DNA of 64,000 nt from Phaeosaccion multiseriatum (Eukaryota > Protista > Ochrophyta, other classes): NCBI GenBank assembly GCA_965112735.1, contig OZ218953.1, forward strand, positions 1,054,001 to 1,118,000, read 5' to 3'. Under the pieces are notes generated by a model, which made no database searches, had not been told where the DNA came from, and saw only the letters and a program-made list of their open reading frames with translations. Numbering within the stretch: the first letter of the stretch is position 1; each line of letters starts with the position of its first letter. The position numbers and the translations under genes are program-made. This document shows, one piece after another, positions 1 through 12,554 of the stretch.

Positions 1-33
1 TCTCCCCCTCCTCCTCCCTCTCCCCCTCCACAG

Positions 34-1725
34 TCTCCAGAAATACGTCGTAAGAGTCCAGAAATGAGGAGGAAAGGCAGCGGAGGCGCAGCAGCAGCAC
101 TTGGTGATACAGCAACAGGAGTTGGTGATACAGCAACAGGAGTTGGCAAGGGCATAACGGCAGTAGGAGGTATCGCAGGACAGCAGAGTCAGCTGAGCCG
201 GGGGTTGTGGAAAGGAGGCGCACCAGTTGGTAATACAGGAGGAGGAGGAGGAGGAGGAGGAGGAGGAGGAGGAGGAGGAGGGGAAGGAGGAGGAGGAGGA
301 GGAGGAGGAGGAGGAGGAGGAGGAGGAGGAGGGGAAGGAGGAGGAGGAGGAGGAGGAGGAGGGGACTTGATGCTGATGGATGAACAGCAGCTGCAGCAAG
401 GCCGGCAGCAGCAGCTCTACCATCTCCAGATGCAGCAGCTCAAGCAGCAGCAGCAGCAGCAGTTGGCAGTACAGCAACAGCAGCAGCAACAGGAGCTGCT
501 GTACTCTGTGAACCCCTTCAAGAGGCAAGACGAGGAGCATGTGCTAATGATGCGGACTCATAACCGCCGGAGGTGGAGCCACGTGTTCCCTCGTGGGGCG
601 GTGGAGCAGCGACAGATGCCTGGTCCTAGCTGGAAGGTGAGGGAGGGAGGGAGGGAGGGAGGGAGGGAGGGAGGGGGGGGAGGGGAGGGAGGGAGGGAGG
701 GAGGGAGGGACGGAGGGAGGGAGGGAGACTTTTTTGGCTGCTTTGCTTGCTGGTTACTGTGTGTAGAGAGCCAGAGACAGACAGAGACAGACAGGGACAC
801 ACAGGGACAGACAGAGACAGACAGGGACAGACAGGGCGAGCACGCACATGAGCACCTACCCTCACGCGCACACCCTGACCCTGACCCTGACCCTGACCCT
901 GACCCATACGCACACCCACACCCCCACCCCCACACACGCACACCCACACCCTGACCCTGCCCCATACGCACCAGTCCCTCTGCCAGCCTGCCCTCCTCCC
1001 GCTCACGACGGACTACCTGCCCCCCCGGGAGGAGCTGGAGCGCAACTACACAGACTCGTTCTACACCCTTACGCTACCCGACACCAGGTATGTACTCACT
1101 TGGCTGACACCAGGCGCTGGCTGATTGGCTGACTGACTGATTATTTGTCTGTCTGTCTGTCTGTCTGCCTGACTGACTGACTGACTGACTGAGTAATTGA
1201 CTGACTGCCTGACTGACTGCCTGACTGACTGCCCGACTTAACGGCCTTACTGACTGCCCATTACCTGACACCAGGCACTACAAGAGCGACCTTGCCCTGC
1301 TGGAGGAGCTCGTTTGCCAGAGGATGGCGCAAGACTTTCAGGTGGGTGGGTTATGTCAATGGATAGGTGGGTAGTAAGTCACTGGGTCGGGAGTAAGTCA
1401 ATGGGTGGGTGGGTGGGTGGGTGGGTGGGTGGGCTGGAGGAAGCCTGTTAAACTCTTGCTATCCCCCCCCCCCCACCCCTCAGCTCGTGGAGGGGGACGT
1501 GGTCAGCAGCGGTAAACTCCTAACCTCCAGCCTGGCCGGGACGGAGCATCTCCACCACCGGGGAGGAAGAGGAGGGACAGGGGGTGGTAAGAAGCTGAGC
1601 AAGCTTAGGGTGGGGGTTTCTGCACACAGAGCCGAGTACAGCTTGGGCTATAACAGGGCGAGTAAGGTACGTGTGTGTGTTTGTGTGTGTATGTGTGTAT
1701 GTGTGTGTGTATGTGTGAGTGTGAG

Positions 1726-1781
<56 letters not shown>

Positions 1782-4700
1782 TGTGTATGTGTGTGTGAGT
1801 GTGTGTATGTGTGTGTGTGTGTTCGTGGTTGGGTGGGAGGACGAGAAATCTGCGGACACGGTTGTCTGTAACCTCCTCCACCCAACCCCCCCCCCGCGCT
1901 CCTCCCTCACCCCTACCCCTCCCCCATCTCCCCCCCCCCCCTCCCTTCCCTTCCCCTCCCCTCACTCCCTCCCCCCCGTCGACAACCAAACTATACACAA
2001 TATTACACAGGTATACATTCTCAGCATGGGGCACCGCATCCACTCCCTCTCCTACGACGAAGGCACCAAGCAGGTGGAGATCAAGCGCTTCCTCAGCAGG
2101 AAGGGAAGCAACACCAAAAAGGGTAACAGCCTCAAGTACAAGGTATAATCGCGTATGGAGGAGGTTTGAGTTTGAGTTTGCTTGTGAGCAGCGTTGAGTT
2201 TCAGCATACATAGCTACTGATCAATGTCCCCTCCCTCCGTCCCTTCCTTCGTTCCTTTCTTTCTTTCTTTCTGTCTTTCTTTCTTTCTTTCTTTCTTCCG
2301 TCCTTACTTACTTCCTTCCTTCCTTCCTTCCTTCCTTCCGTCCGTCCGTCCATCGGCCGGCGCTTGCGTGTATGTGTGCGTGTGTGTGTGCGTGCGTGCG
2401 TGTGTGCGTGTGTGCGTGGCCTCAGTACTCGTTGTGGCAAGCTTTGGACCAGAGGTTCTACACAGTGGAGCAGGCCTTCTTCAAGTACCCCAATCCCGAG
2501 TACAGCTGGAACTATTTAGACCATTTGGTGTGCGGTTACAACTATGTGAGTGGACTGAAAAGGATTAGAGGGATCGAATTGTGAACTGAGTGACTGAGTG
2601 GACTGAAAAGGATTAGAGGGATCGAATTGTGAACTGAGTGACTGAGTGGACTGATGAGGGATCGAATTGTGAACTGAGTGACTGAGTGGACTGAAAAGGA
2701 TTAGAGGGATCGAATTGTGAACTGAGTGACTGAGTGGACTGATGAGGGATCGAATTGTGAACTGACCATTTGGAGTGCGGTTATGACAATGTACGCGACT
2801 GTTTTGACCATTTGGGTTGTGGGTGGAATTGTGCGAGTGATTGATTGTGAAAATATGACCTGCACGCACACACACACACTCACGCGCGCACACTCACGCA
2901 CGCACACTCACCCACCAACCATACCCTACCCTACCCTGCCCTACCCTGCCCTACCCTACCCTACCCTACCCTATCCGTCTCTTCCCTACCCTACCCTACC
3001 CTACCCTACCCTGCCCTACTCTACTCTACCCTACTCTACCCTACCCTGCCCTACCCTACCCTACCCTACCCTACCCTGCCCTACCCTGCCCTACCCTACC
3101 CTACCCTACCCTACCCTACCCTACTCTACTCTACCCTACCCTACCCTACCCTACCCTACCCTACCCTACCCTACCCTACCCTACCCTACCCTACCCTACC
3201 CTACCCTACCCTACCCTACCCTACCCTACCCTACCCTACCCTACCCTGCCCTGCCCTGCCCTGCCCTGCCCTGCCCTGCCCTACCCTGCCCTACCCTATT
3301 AGGACCTGACGGACAACACAAAATACCGAAGGTTACTTTTGTGTATCATCCCCCCCGACAAGGTGTGGCAGGATGAAAGAGAAGGAAGGAAGGAAGGAAG
3401 GAAGGACGGAAGGAGATGAGAAGGAAGGAAAGAAGGAAGACTCACTCACCCAGTCACGCGCTCACTCACCCTCTCACTCCCCCTCCCCCCCTCTCTCCCC
3501 CCCTCTCTCCTTCCCTCCCTCCCTCCCTCCCTCCCTCGTCTAAGGTGGAGTGTGCGGCGGACGAGGAAGCGTTCATCGAGGCCATTGCGAAGCTCATGGA
3601 GTACATCAATTCCAAGAGGGAGAAGGGCAGAGACCCGCTCAAGCTCAAATTCCGGCGCTACTTCTCCTCCCCCCCCCCGCCCTCCTCCTCGTCCTCCTCG
3701 GAGGCGCCAGGAGCATCCACTGCCATCCCCTCTTCCTCGGACAGTGGCGGGGCTGCATCTGCAGAGGAGGAGAAGCGCGTGAGTAAGGACTTTACGTCGA
3801 CCCGAATCCACATCAAGGACCGCCGGAGCAGCAGCAGCAACAGCAGCTCTCAGGAGACGTCAGGAGCGACCTCGACCTCCTCCTTCTCCTCCTCTTCGTC
3901 TTCTATTTCCTCCTCCGGCGGCGCCAGCTCGAGCTCCTCCCCTTCTCTGCAGCCAGGGGTCTCCGAGTCGGTGTATGAGTGGCTTGACGTCACATGCGGC
4001 ACCGTGGTGGATGTGAAGCATTGCGTCCACGTCAACCTTCACTGGTGCGCGCGTGTGTGTCCTTGTGTGTCCTTGTGTGTCCTTGTGTGTCCTTGTGTGT
4101 CCGTGTGTGTGTTTGTGTATGTGTGGGTGTGTATGTGGCGCATAGGCCTGTTGCTCTTCGCCCGTCCCTGACCGAGGAAGTACTTGTCTACTTCACGCCA
4201 CCTTCTTCTCATCCCCTGCCATCCCCTGCCATCCCCTGCCATCTCCTGCCATCCCTTGCCATCCCCTGCCATCCCCTGCCATCCCCTGCCATCCCCTGCC
4301 ATCCCTTGCCATCCCCTGCCATCCCCTGCCATCCCCTGCCATCCCCTGCCACCCCCTAGGCTGGTGTGCAGCGGTCCCTCTGTGCAAGAGTTTGCCTCTG
4401 CCCTATTCCGCCGCGTGCAGCTGTTGGGAGGCGGGTTGAGGCTGTTGCAGGTGCCCACACTGAGCAGGTACGAGTAGAGGTGTATGGGGAGAGGGTTGGG
4501 TGGAGGTGAATGGGCAGGATAGGGTGATGGAGCCTCCTAGCAGTGTCCGCCTTGAGCAGGCACAGGGTATATATATATACATATAGTATATATATATATT
4601 ACATATGTATGTATATATGTAACAGTCAAGAGGCCTTTTACCCACCTCTACGTCTGCCCTGACGTTTGCATTCCTCCCTCTCTCCGTCTCTCTCTCCGCC

Positions 4701-5052
4701 TCCCTCTCCGCCTCCCTCCCCCCCCCCCCTCTCCCCTCTCCCACTCTCCCCCTCCCCTCCTCCCCTCTCCCCCCTCCCCCTCTCCCCGGTCCCCCCTCCC
4801 TCTTTCCCCTCTCCCTCCTCCCTCCTCACCACCACCTCACAGGTCCTCGTCCATCAACTTACACCCCTTCCGCAGCCACTCGTACATCACAGCTCGCCCA
4901 CCCGTCGTCAAGGCCATTGTCGAGGCAGCTCTCACGTCCCCCCCCCTGGCCTACGTGAAAGACAGGCTTTACCCTACGAGGTGGACAGAGTTTGGCCTCA
5001 GTGCGGAGAGCGACAAGCAGGGGGGGGAAGGGGAGGTGCTGACAGGTAGGCA

Positions 5053-5109
<57 letters not shown>

Positions 5110-5148
5110 GCCTGTCTGCCTGTCTGTCTGTCTGTCTGTCTGTCTGCC

Positions 5149-5181
<33 letters not shown>

Positions 5182-5182
5182 T

Positions 5183-5215
<33 letters not shown>

Positions 5216-5228
5216 GTGCCTGTCTGCC

Positions 5229-5302
<74 letters not shown>

Positions 5303-6111
5303 CGTGTCTATCTGCCTGTTTTCTGTCTCTCTGTTTTTCTGTCTGTTTGTTGTTCTGTATTGTCTGTGTATCTCACTGTCTGTCCGTCTACCTGTCTGTA
5401 CTTTAGGTACGTTTCTCTGTGAGTCTTGTCTCTGATTCTCAGCCCTTTGGAGTACCTTATTCGTGAGTCGTCCGCAGCGCTATTGCCCCACCTCAGTCCT
5501 CTCCCCTCTTCTCCTCTCTCCTCTTCTCCCCTCCCCTCCCCTCTCCTCTCCTCCCCTCCCTTCCCCTCCCCTCCCCTCCCCTCCCCCCCCTTTTCTCCCC
5601 CCTACCCGTCTCACAGGTCTTGCCAAGTCTCTCCGAGGCACCTCCACCCCCGCGATTCGAGCCACTCCCACCCCCACGCGTTGGTCATCCAAACAGTCGT
5701 CGCTGGCCATGGCCTACGTGCACCGCTCCGGCTGCGTCTTCCTCAGAGTAGCGCCCAAAGGGTCAGTCAGTAACTGGTGTCAGTCAGTCAGTCAGTCAGT
5801 CAGTCAGTCCCAATCACTCACTCTCTCTCCCCTCGCTTCTCCTTACCCTCCCTCGCCTCCACCCCACTTCCCCTCGCCCTCCCCTCTCCAGCTTCCTTCT
5901 CATGACCCAAACAAGAAGCGCCGGTGGCTCCGGGTCCGGCCTCTCCGCTCTGTCAAGCTCTTCCTCCTCCACCGGAGACCGAGACGGCAGCGCCATTGCC
6001 AAGGCTAAGGCCGAGGCGCTCGTAACGCAGCTCAAGGACTTTGTAGAGACAGTGCAGATTATTCACGCCCTCGCGGAGGAGTTGGTGCACCAGGCGGTTG
6101 ACCAACTGTGA
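34..6111 (+). CDS. DEPDC5: DEPDC5/Iml1/SEA1-like GATOR1 subunit, 5'-partial. Exons ~34-636, 975-1087, 1275-1341, 1484-1666, 2011-2142, 2426-2545, 3303-3362, 3545-4044, 4360-4467, 4843-5045, 5617-5761, 5892-6111
   Basis: Spliced peptide has NRRRWSHVFP, WKSLCQPALLPLTTDYLP, LEELVCQRMAQDFQ, YILSMGHRIHSL, YSWNYLDHLVCG and YVHRSGCVFLRV..GF, which are motifs recalled for Iml1/DEPDC5. All introns are GT-AG with consistent phases. Confidence 0.88.
2548..2765 (+). repeat. Intronic minisatellite, 5 units of 48/40 bp (GAGTGGACTGA[AAAGGATTA]GAGGGATCGAATTGTGAACTGAGTGACT)
   Basis: Units start at 2548, 2596, 2644, 2684 and 2732. The array begins inside the donor GTGAGT. Confidence 0.95.
2923..3298 (+). repeat. 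(CCCTA)n/(CCCTG)n pentamer array directly upstream of the 3302 acceptor
   Basis: Directly visible. Confidence 0.95.
4211..4351 (+). repeat. (ATCCCCTGCC)n 10-mer array abutting a TAG acceptor
   Basis: Directly visible, about 14 copies. Confidence 0.95.
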
Positions 6112-6281
6112 ATTCCAGGGAGACATGCATGTTGGTTCGATGGGCAACCTTTACTCACAGATGGGATGCCACTTGTTCACACACTTAGACAACCATAATC
6201 ACAATATTGATCTTCACGCACTCCAAACAAGCACGCACACAAGCCACAAGCCTGCTCACTCCGCACTCTGCGCTGTGCAGC

Positions 6282-8962
6282 ATGATGCCCGTACGCGGAA
6301 AGAAGAGGAGGAGGCAGATTGTCGGTGGGAACCTCTCCTTCGTCGCTTCTCTCCTGTTCATCATCGACAAATCACATTCTTTCACTCTCTCGTCCCCCCT
6401 TCAGCCAACACGACCACCAACGCAACAAAGAGAGAGAGGAGGTATCGCTACTCGTCCCCTTCGCTCTTCTGTTGTCGGCCATGACATGTCAGCCGTAGCT
6501 GCAGTGCTGGAGGAGGACCCAATGGACGGACGAGTGTCACTCAAAGACCTCGTGTCCGAGCCAGTGGCATCTATGCTTGAAGACGGAAGAGTGTCCCTCA
6601 AGGGTATGTCAGTCGGTCAGGTTGAGGACCTTGTTCTGCGGTTGGGATTCAGAAGGGAAAGAGCCTTCGCTCTGCTCCGGTAAGTTCCACTTGGTGGCCG
6701 CTCATGACTTCTTTCTCATTTCATGTACACACTATACCTTCGATTTTCGTGGTTTGCTCCTTCGTCTCCTGACGACGCTCGTTGGCTCTTTGTCTCGGCA
6801 GTCACATGTACGGTGATGGTCGCCTTGTTTCCTCCTTGGATCAAACAAAGGCTCTCCCTCATCACGATGCGGCGTCCGCACGAGGGACGGCAGCAGGAAC
6901 AGCAGCAACAGGAGCAGCAGCAGGAGCAGAATCAGTTGAGGGAGGGGGGGGTATGCCCGTGGAGCGAGTTACTAAGGCGGGGGTGGCAGAGCCTCTGGGA
7001 AGGGCTCTCCGAGAAGCCCTGGAGGCCGTTTGCTCTGTGTCGGGTGGCCTCACCTTCGACTCCGCCCATGTCGCCAGGGACGGAACCACCAAGGTCAGAG
7101 AGGGGTAAGGCTAGGAAGGGGGGTAGGTGAATGGTCTTCCTGGCGTAGGAGAGGGATAGAACCACCAAGCTTAGAGGCGAGGTGAGGTGGAGCGTCTTGC
7201 TTGCTCGCTTGCTTGCTTCATTGTGTGTGTGTGAATAGGGGAAGGGAAGTCACCTTTTTTTGTGTGCACACTTCCCCCTCACGAATGGATGCGGGACTCG
7301 GTGTGTGTGCCATTCACTCACTCACTCACTCACTCACTCACTCACTCACTTATTCACTCACGCACTCATTCCTGCATACTCTCTCCCCTGTCTCTCTCCT
7401 GTGGTCGCCGCCCCGTTGCAAGTACAGCTTTTAAGTAGGCTGAGCTCCGGCCCCGCCAAAGGTTCCGCGGTGGAGTCTGTGATCATCCCCATGGAGCAAG
7501 GGGGCACCCGTCTCCGGAGATACACGCTCTGTGTCAGCAGCCAAGTTGGGTGTGCACAGGTGGGTGGGGAGACCCAAGCTCAGGACCCAAAGCTTCAGTA
7601 GGGACACTCATACAAGACACGTACCAGCCACCTCTATGTGTTTTGTCTTTCGCTTCCCCTCATCTTTGCCTCCATCTTGTTTAGCAGCCCCCCTGCTCGG
7701 CCACTCTCTACAGACATGTTCTTTCTCCCCTCTCCCTCCGTCGTTTCATTCTCCGTCTTCCCTCTCTCTGTCTTTCCCCCCCACCCCCCCTCTCTCTCTT
7801 TCTCCCTCTCCCTCTATATTTCTTTCTCGTCGTTTCCCTCTCCGTCTTTCCATCTTTCCATCTCCCTCTCTTGTCTCCCTCTCTTTCTCCCTCTCCCTCT
7901 ATATTCTTTCTCTTCGTTTCCCTCTCCTTCTTTCCATCTTTCCATCTCCCTCTCTCTCTCTCTCTCCCTCGGCCCACGTATGTCACGTATGTGTATAAGC
8001 GCCCCCCCTCCGTCCCTCCCTCTCCACGTCAACTCTTTCTCATCCGCCCGCTCTGGCCCCACCTATATAACCCACCACCCACCACCCACACCACCCATCA
8101 TCCACCACCCACCACCCACACTAACCATCATCCACCACCCCGCCTTTCTGTCTCTCTCTTGTCCTCCATCTCCTCAATCTCTCTCTTCTCTCTGTCACCC
8201 CACCCCGATGACGCACGGCCCACAGAACTGCTCGTTTTGCATGACCGGGAGGATGGGCCTGCTGGGCAATCTCAATGCCGCACAAATTGTCGAACAGGTC
8301 AGCCCTAAGAGGAGGAGGAGGCGGGGAGGGGAGGGGAAGGGAAGGGAGGGGAGGGGAGGGGAGGGGGGGGAGGGTACCTCAGTTTAATGCAGTTCAGTTC
8401 AGGTCAATTCAATAGACCTTAGCGAATGGCGATGCCAGAGAAGGAGAGCTTCCTCTTGGTCAACCTGAAACCGCTGAAACCGCTGAAACCACCTGATCTT
8501 GATCAATGGCGCTGGAATCAAGCTAAGCTCGCTCCGACTAGTACTGAGCTCTCTCCCTCCCTCTCTCTCTGTGTCTCTCTCGCTCACTCTCTCCCTCTCT
8601 TATCTCTGTCTCTCTCTCTGTTTGTCTCTGCAAGCAAGTTGTCATCACACCCTCACACCCTCACACCCTCGCTCCCGGACTCACTTGCCCTTCCCCTGCC
8701 CATTGTGCTCCTCGTCTCCTTCGCCCTCGCCCTCTCGCCCTCGCCTCCTTGGCCTCCGTCCCTTCCGATGACCAACAAAGGTGGTGATTGCCCGACGGTA
8801 TCTGGAGGAGATTGGTGATGCCTCTCCCCTGTCCAGCGTTGTGTTTATGGGCATGGGGGAGCCCTTCCATAATATGGACCATGTTTGTAAGGCAGTGAGC
8901 ATCCTCACCGATGCCCGCGGGGGGCCGAGACTGAAAGCAGGTGTGAGAGGGAGAGCGTGAGA

Positions 8963-9005
<43 letters not shown>

Positions 9006-10495
9006 ATGGCAACAAACAAGCATGTCTCTCTTTCTCCCAAGGGCCCCCCCAAGCTGTTGTCGGAGTCTCTTCCTTGACTCCTCCCTCCCTCCCTCCCCTT
9101 CCTCCCCTCCTCCCTCCCCACCCACCCTCCCCCCTCCTCCCTCCCCGCCCACCTTCCCTCCCACCCTCTATTCCTCCCTCCATCCCTCCCTCCCCCCTCC
9201 CAGGCCGAGTGATGGTGAGTACTGTGGGCCTGGTGCCGGAGCTGCGCCGCTTCTGCTCTTCCTTCCCCAAAGTGCAGGTGGCTGTGTCTCTACACGCTAC
9301 CACTGACGAGGTCCGCGCAGCCATGATGCCTATCAACGAGTAAGTCATTGAGTGCAGTAAATCAGTAGGAGTGTGGAGGTATTGGGTAGGTCGTAGGGAT
9401 GATGATGCCTATCAACGAGTGCGTGCAGAATGTCAGTAAGAATGAGTACGTGCACGTAGTGATGATGCCTTATCAACGAGTAAGTCATGAGTGCAGTAAG
9501 TCAATAGGAGTGTGGAGGTACTGGGTAGGTCGTAGGGATGATGATGCCTATCAACGAGTGCGTGCAGAATGTCAGTAAGAATGAGTACGTGCACGTAGTG
9601 ATGATGCCTTATCAACGAGTAAGTCATGAGTGCAGTAAGTCAATAGGAGTGTGGAGGTATTGGGTAGGTCGTAGGGATGATGATGCCTATCAACGAGTAA
9701 GTGGAGTGTATGTACGCAGGCCTTGTGGTCTTGCGTAGGTAGGGCGGAGGGCCGTGTGCCCTACCCGAGTATTGTGTGTAGTGCATGAAACCGACAACGT
9801 TATGAAACCGACAACATTATGAAACCGACAACACCTCACCTTTGCCCTGACCCCATGTGCCGCTCGGTGGAATCCGCTGCCCATCTGCTGCCATCTACTG
9901 CCATCTGCTGCCATCTGGGGCTCTGCTTTGCTTACCCCCCTGGCCTCCTGTGTGTGTACTCCCTCACCCCCCCCCCGCCGCCGGTAACGCAAGTCGCTAC
10001 CCTTTGGCAACTCTGATCGGAGCTTTGGAGGAGCATTTCCCTCGTCCCCAGCAGCAACAAGAGGGCAGCGAAGAGCAGGGCCACGAAGGGGAAGGCGAAG
10101 GCGAGGAGGAGGGAGGGGGGAGGAAGAGGAGGAGGAGACGGCATGTGTGCATCGAATACACACTCATGAAGGGTGTGAACGATTCTGCAGAGGACGCGAC
10201 AAGACTGCTGCTGCTTCTTCGCAAGGTGCACTGCATCGTCAACCTCATCACCTTCAACCCACATGTAAGATCTTATGTACGGAAGGGCACAAGCCGAAAG
10301 GCCATGGCAGGTAGTGATACAGGGCAGGGCAGGGTAGAGCAGTTGGTGATACAGGACAGGGTAGTAGAAACTCAAATGGTCTCCGGGCTGGCAGGGGGAG
10401 AGCCCTCCTGCTGTCGGATATGCTCTCGGATAGACAGAGAATCGCCCTGAAGCCAGACACACACGCACGCACATACGCACACGAACACAGACACA

Positions 10496-10537
<42 letters not shown>

Positions 10538-10887
10538 CACACACGGCCCACGAAACAGTCCGGACACCCACTCACACCCACCCACCTACCCATTCACGCA
10601 CGCACGCACGGACGGACGGACTCACGCACTCACGCACCCACACACGCACACCCCTTGACGTCATCAATCAGGAGGGTACCCTCTTCCAGCGTTGCTCCGA
10701 CGACGCCTCCCTTGCCTTCAAAGACAGGCTGCGAGCAGGGGGCAGATTGGCCACCTTCCGCCCGTCCAGAGGGGAGGATGGGATGAGTGCCTGCGGACAG
10801 TTGGGAAGCCTGGATGAGGTGCAGAGGGCGGGGAGAGTTCCCCTTCGCGAGGCTCCCCCCCCCCCCTCGTCTTCTTCTCCGTCTTGA
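6282..10887 (+). CDS. rlmN: RlmN/Cfr-family radical SAM RNA methyltransferase, probably organellar. Exons 6282(or 6486)-6679, 6802-7093, 7428-7559, 8226-8297, 8781-8940, 9204-9339, 9994-10264, 10672-10887
   Basis: DGTTK, TLCVSSQVGCAQ|NCSFC (CxxxCxxC split by an intron), VVFMGMGEP, SLHATTDEVR, MPINDRYPL, IEYTLMKGVND, VNLITFNP, RGEDGMSACGQL. Start codon uncertain. Confidence 0.92.
9323..9702 (+). repeat. Higher-order tandem repeat (139-bp unit): six copies of ATGATGCCT(T)ATCAACGAGT with alternating A/B spacers
   Basis: Copies at 9323, 9402, 9462, 9541, 9601 and 9680. The first copy is the RlmN exon end + donor. Confidence 0.95.
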
Positions 10888-11190
10888 TCTGTGCAGGTGG
10901 TGGCTGGGGTGGCTGCTGATGGGAAGCAGTCCTGATGGCAGTTTTATAAAAAAAAAAAAATCTTACAAGTAATCATTTTTTTCATTTTTTTCTTTATTCA
11001 TTTTTTTCTTCTATGGTAATAAAATGATAATAATAATAATAATAAAATAGTCGACCCCTCGTCTAAACAGAGCCCCAGCGGTACTTTGCGCCTCGCTTCC
11101 CTGCTGCAACCGGCAGCGATGGAATCCTTGGGCGAAAAGCAACCCCGCGCCCATCAATCTACCTAGTAGTATAATTTAATTTAAATCTCT

Positions 11191-11350
11191 AATCAAACCC
11201 TCTGAAGTCGATCAATAAATCAATCAAATCCTCTGAAATCAGTCAAACCTTCTCATCAAGCAATTAAAACAATCAACCAACCCTCTGAAATCAATCAAAA
11301 TCCTTCTAAGCAAATAAATCAATCAATCAACCCCTCTGAAATCAGTCAGT
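11191..11350. repeat. Degenerate AATCAA..CCTCTGAAATC minisatellite just downstream of the DVR stop
   Basis: Four CCTCTGAA cores at ~11199, 11230, 11282 and 11333. Confidence 0.75.
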
Positions 11351-11357
11351 CACTCAT

Positions 11358-12483
11358 TTACTTTTTGGCGCCGAGAATACTCGTGTACGGGTCGTACTCC
11401 TGTCCTTCCCTGGCGATCTTCTCATAGTGCTCCTGCAGCGTGGTGGTGCCGTACTTCTCCTCTGGGGCAGTCGTCAGCATGTCCTCTACAGCGTAGTACT
11501 TGCCAATCCTTGCAAGCTCAGCAGGGTCCTCGAAGGAGGGGAAGAACTTGGCGAGCCAGTCCAGCCCGCCGATGATGTTGTCGAACAAACTCACCTTTTA
11601 GTGACATATAATTGGGTTGGTAGGGGTAGGGGGGAGGGTAGTTGGACGGTAATTGGGAGTTGCAACTTTAGTTTGAAGTCCAAAGCTCAGGCAACGTTCG
11701 CCGTTATTGTGTGGGGAGGCCGGCCCGTTCCAAAGGAGGCCAACAAGGAAGCACACAAGACGGAAGGAATGCACTTTCGCATGGCAGCCCACGTGCTCAG
11801 CCCACGTGCTCGTGCCCAACACAAAACGTCGTAAGCGTCGTACGTACGTACGCACGTACGTACCGGAGCTTTGATGATCCAGGGCTCCTTTCCGACGGCG
11901 TTGAAGAGCATTTCCCCCTGCTGAGCCATGGTGATGCCGCTGTCCGGGCCTGTGGAGAATGAGAGAATATATACACAACAACAGGGCCGTAATGCGTCAG
12001 GCGCATGAGCTGGCAGACCGGCAGCCGGAGAGGCATATGGGCAGGCATATGGGCAGGCATATGGGCAGGCCGCAAGGCGCACATGGTTACTACGAGACAA
12101 GCGGTGTGGACGGCTCTCCCCCTCCCCCCCCCCCATTTCTCCCCCTCTCTTTCTCTCTCTGTCTCTCTCCCCCTCTCTCTCTATCTCTCTCTCGCTCTTT
12201 CCCTCTCTTGCTCTCAGCCTCGCCCTACCTCCAAGGGGCAAGATCTTGTTGTTTTTGGTCTTGTCCTGCAGGCAGTTAACGAGGTATTCAGCAAGGTCGG
12301 GCTCACTAATGGGGTTGCACTTGCACATGGTGCCGTCGCCGAACACCACGAAGGGGGCGCCAGACTGAATCTGTGGGTTGGTTGGTTGGTCGGTTGGTTG
12401 CAGAACCACGTGTTGGGAGAGAAGGCAAGAAAGAGAGAAGAGACGATGAGAGTGAGAGAGACACAGAAGAACATGCACACACA

Positions 12484-12554
<71 letters not shown>

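Noticed and set aside
2726-3376. Extensin-like (PYPTL)n protein
   Set aside because: It is the intronic (CCCTA)n array between two in-phase DEPDC5 exons.
9323-9702. CRISPR array
   Set aside because: Spacers are repeated (A/B alternation), the repeat is the host exon end + donor, the context is a eukaryotic intron, and there are no cas genes.
11589-11596. Recursive splice site AG|GTGAGT at the start of the last DVR exon
   Set aside because: GTG AGT encodes Val-Ser in frame, no downstream acceptor supports re-splicing, and it is plausible by chance.
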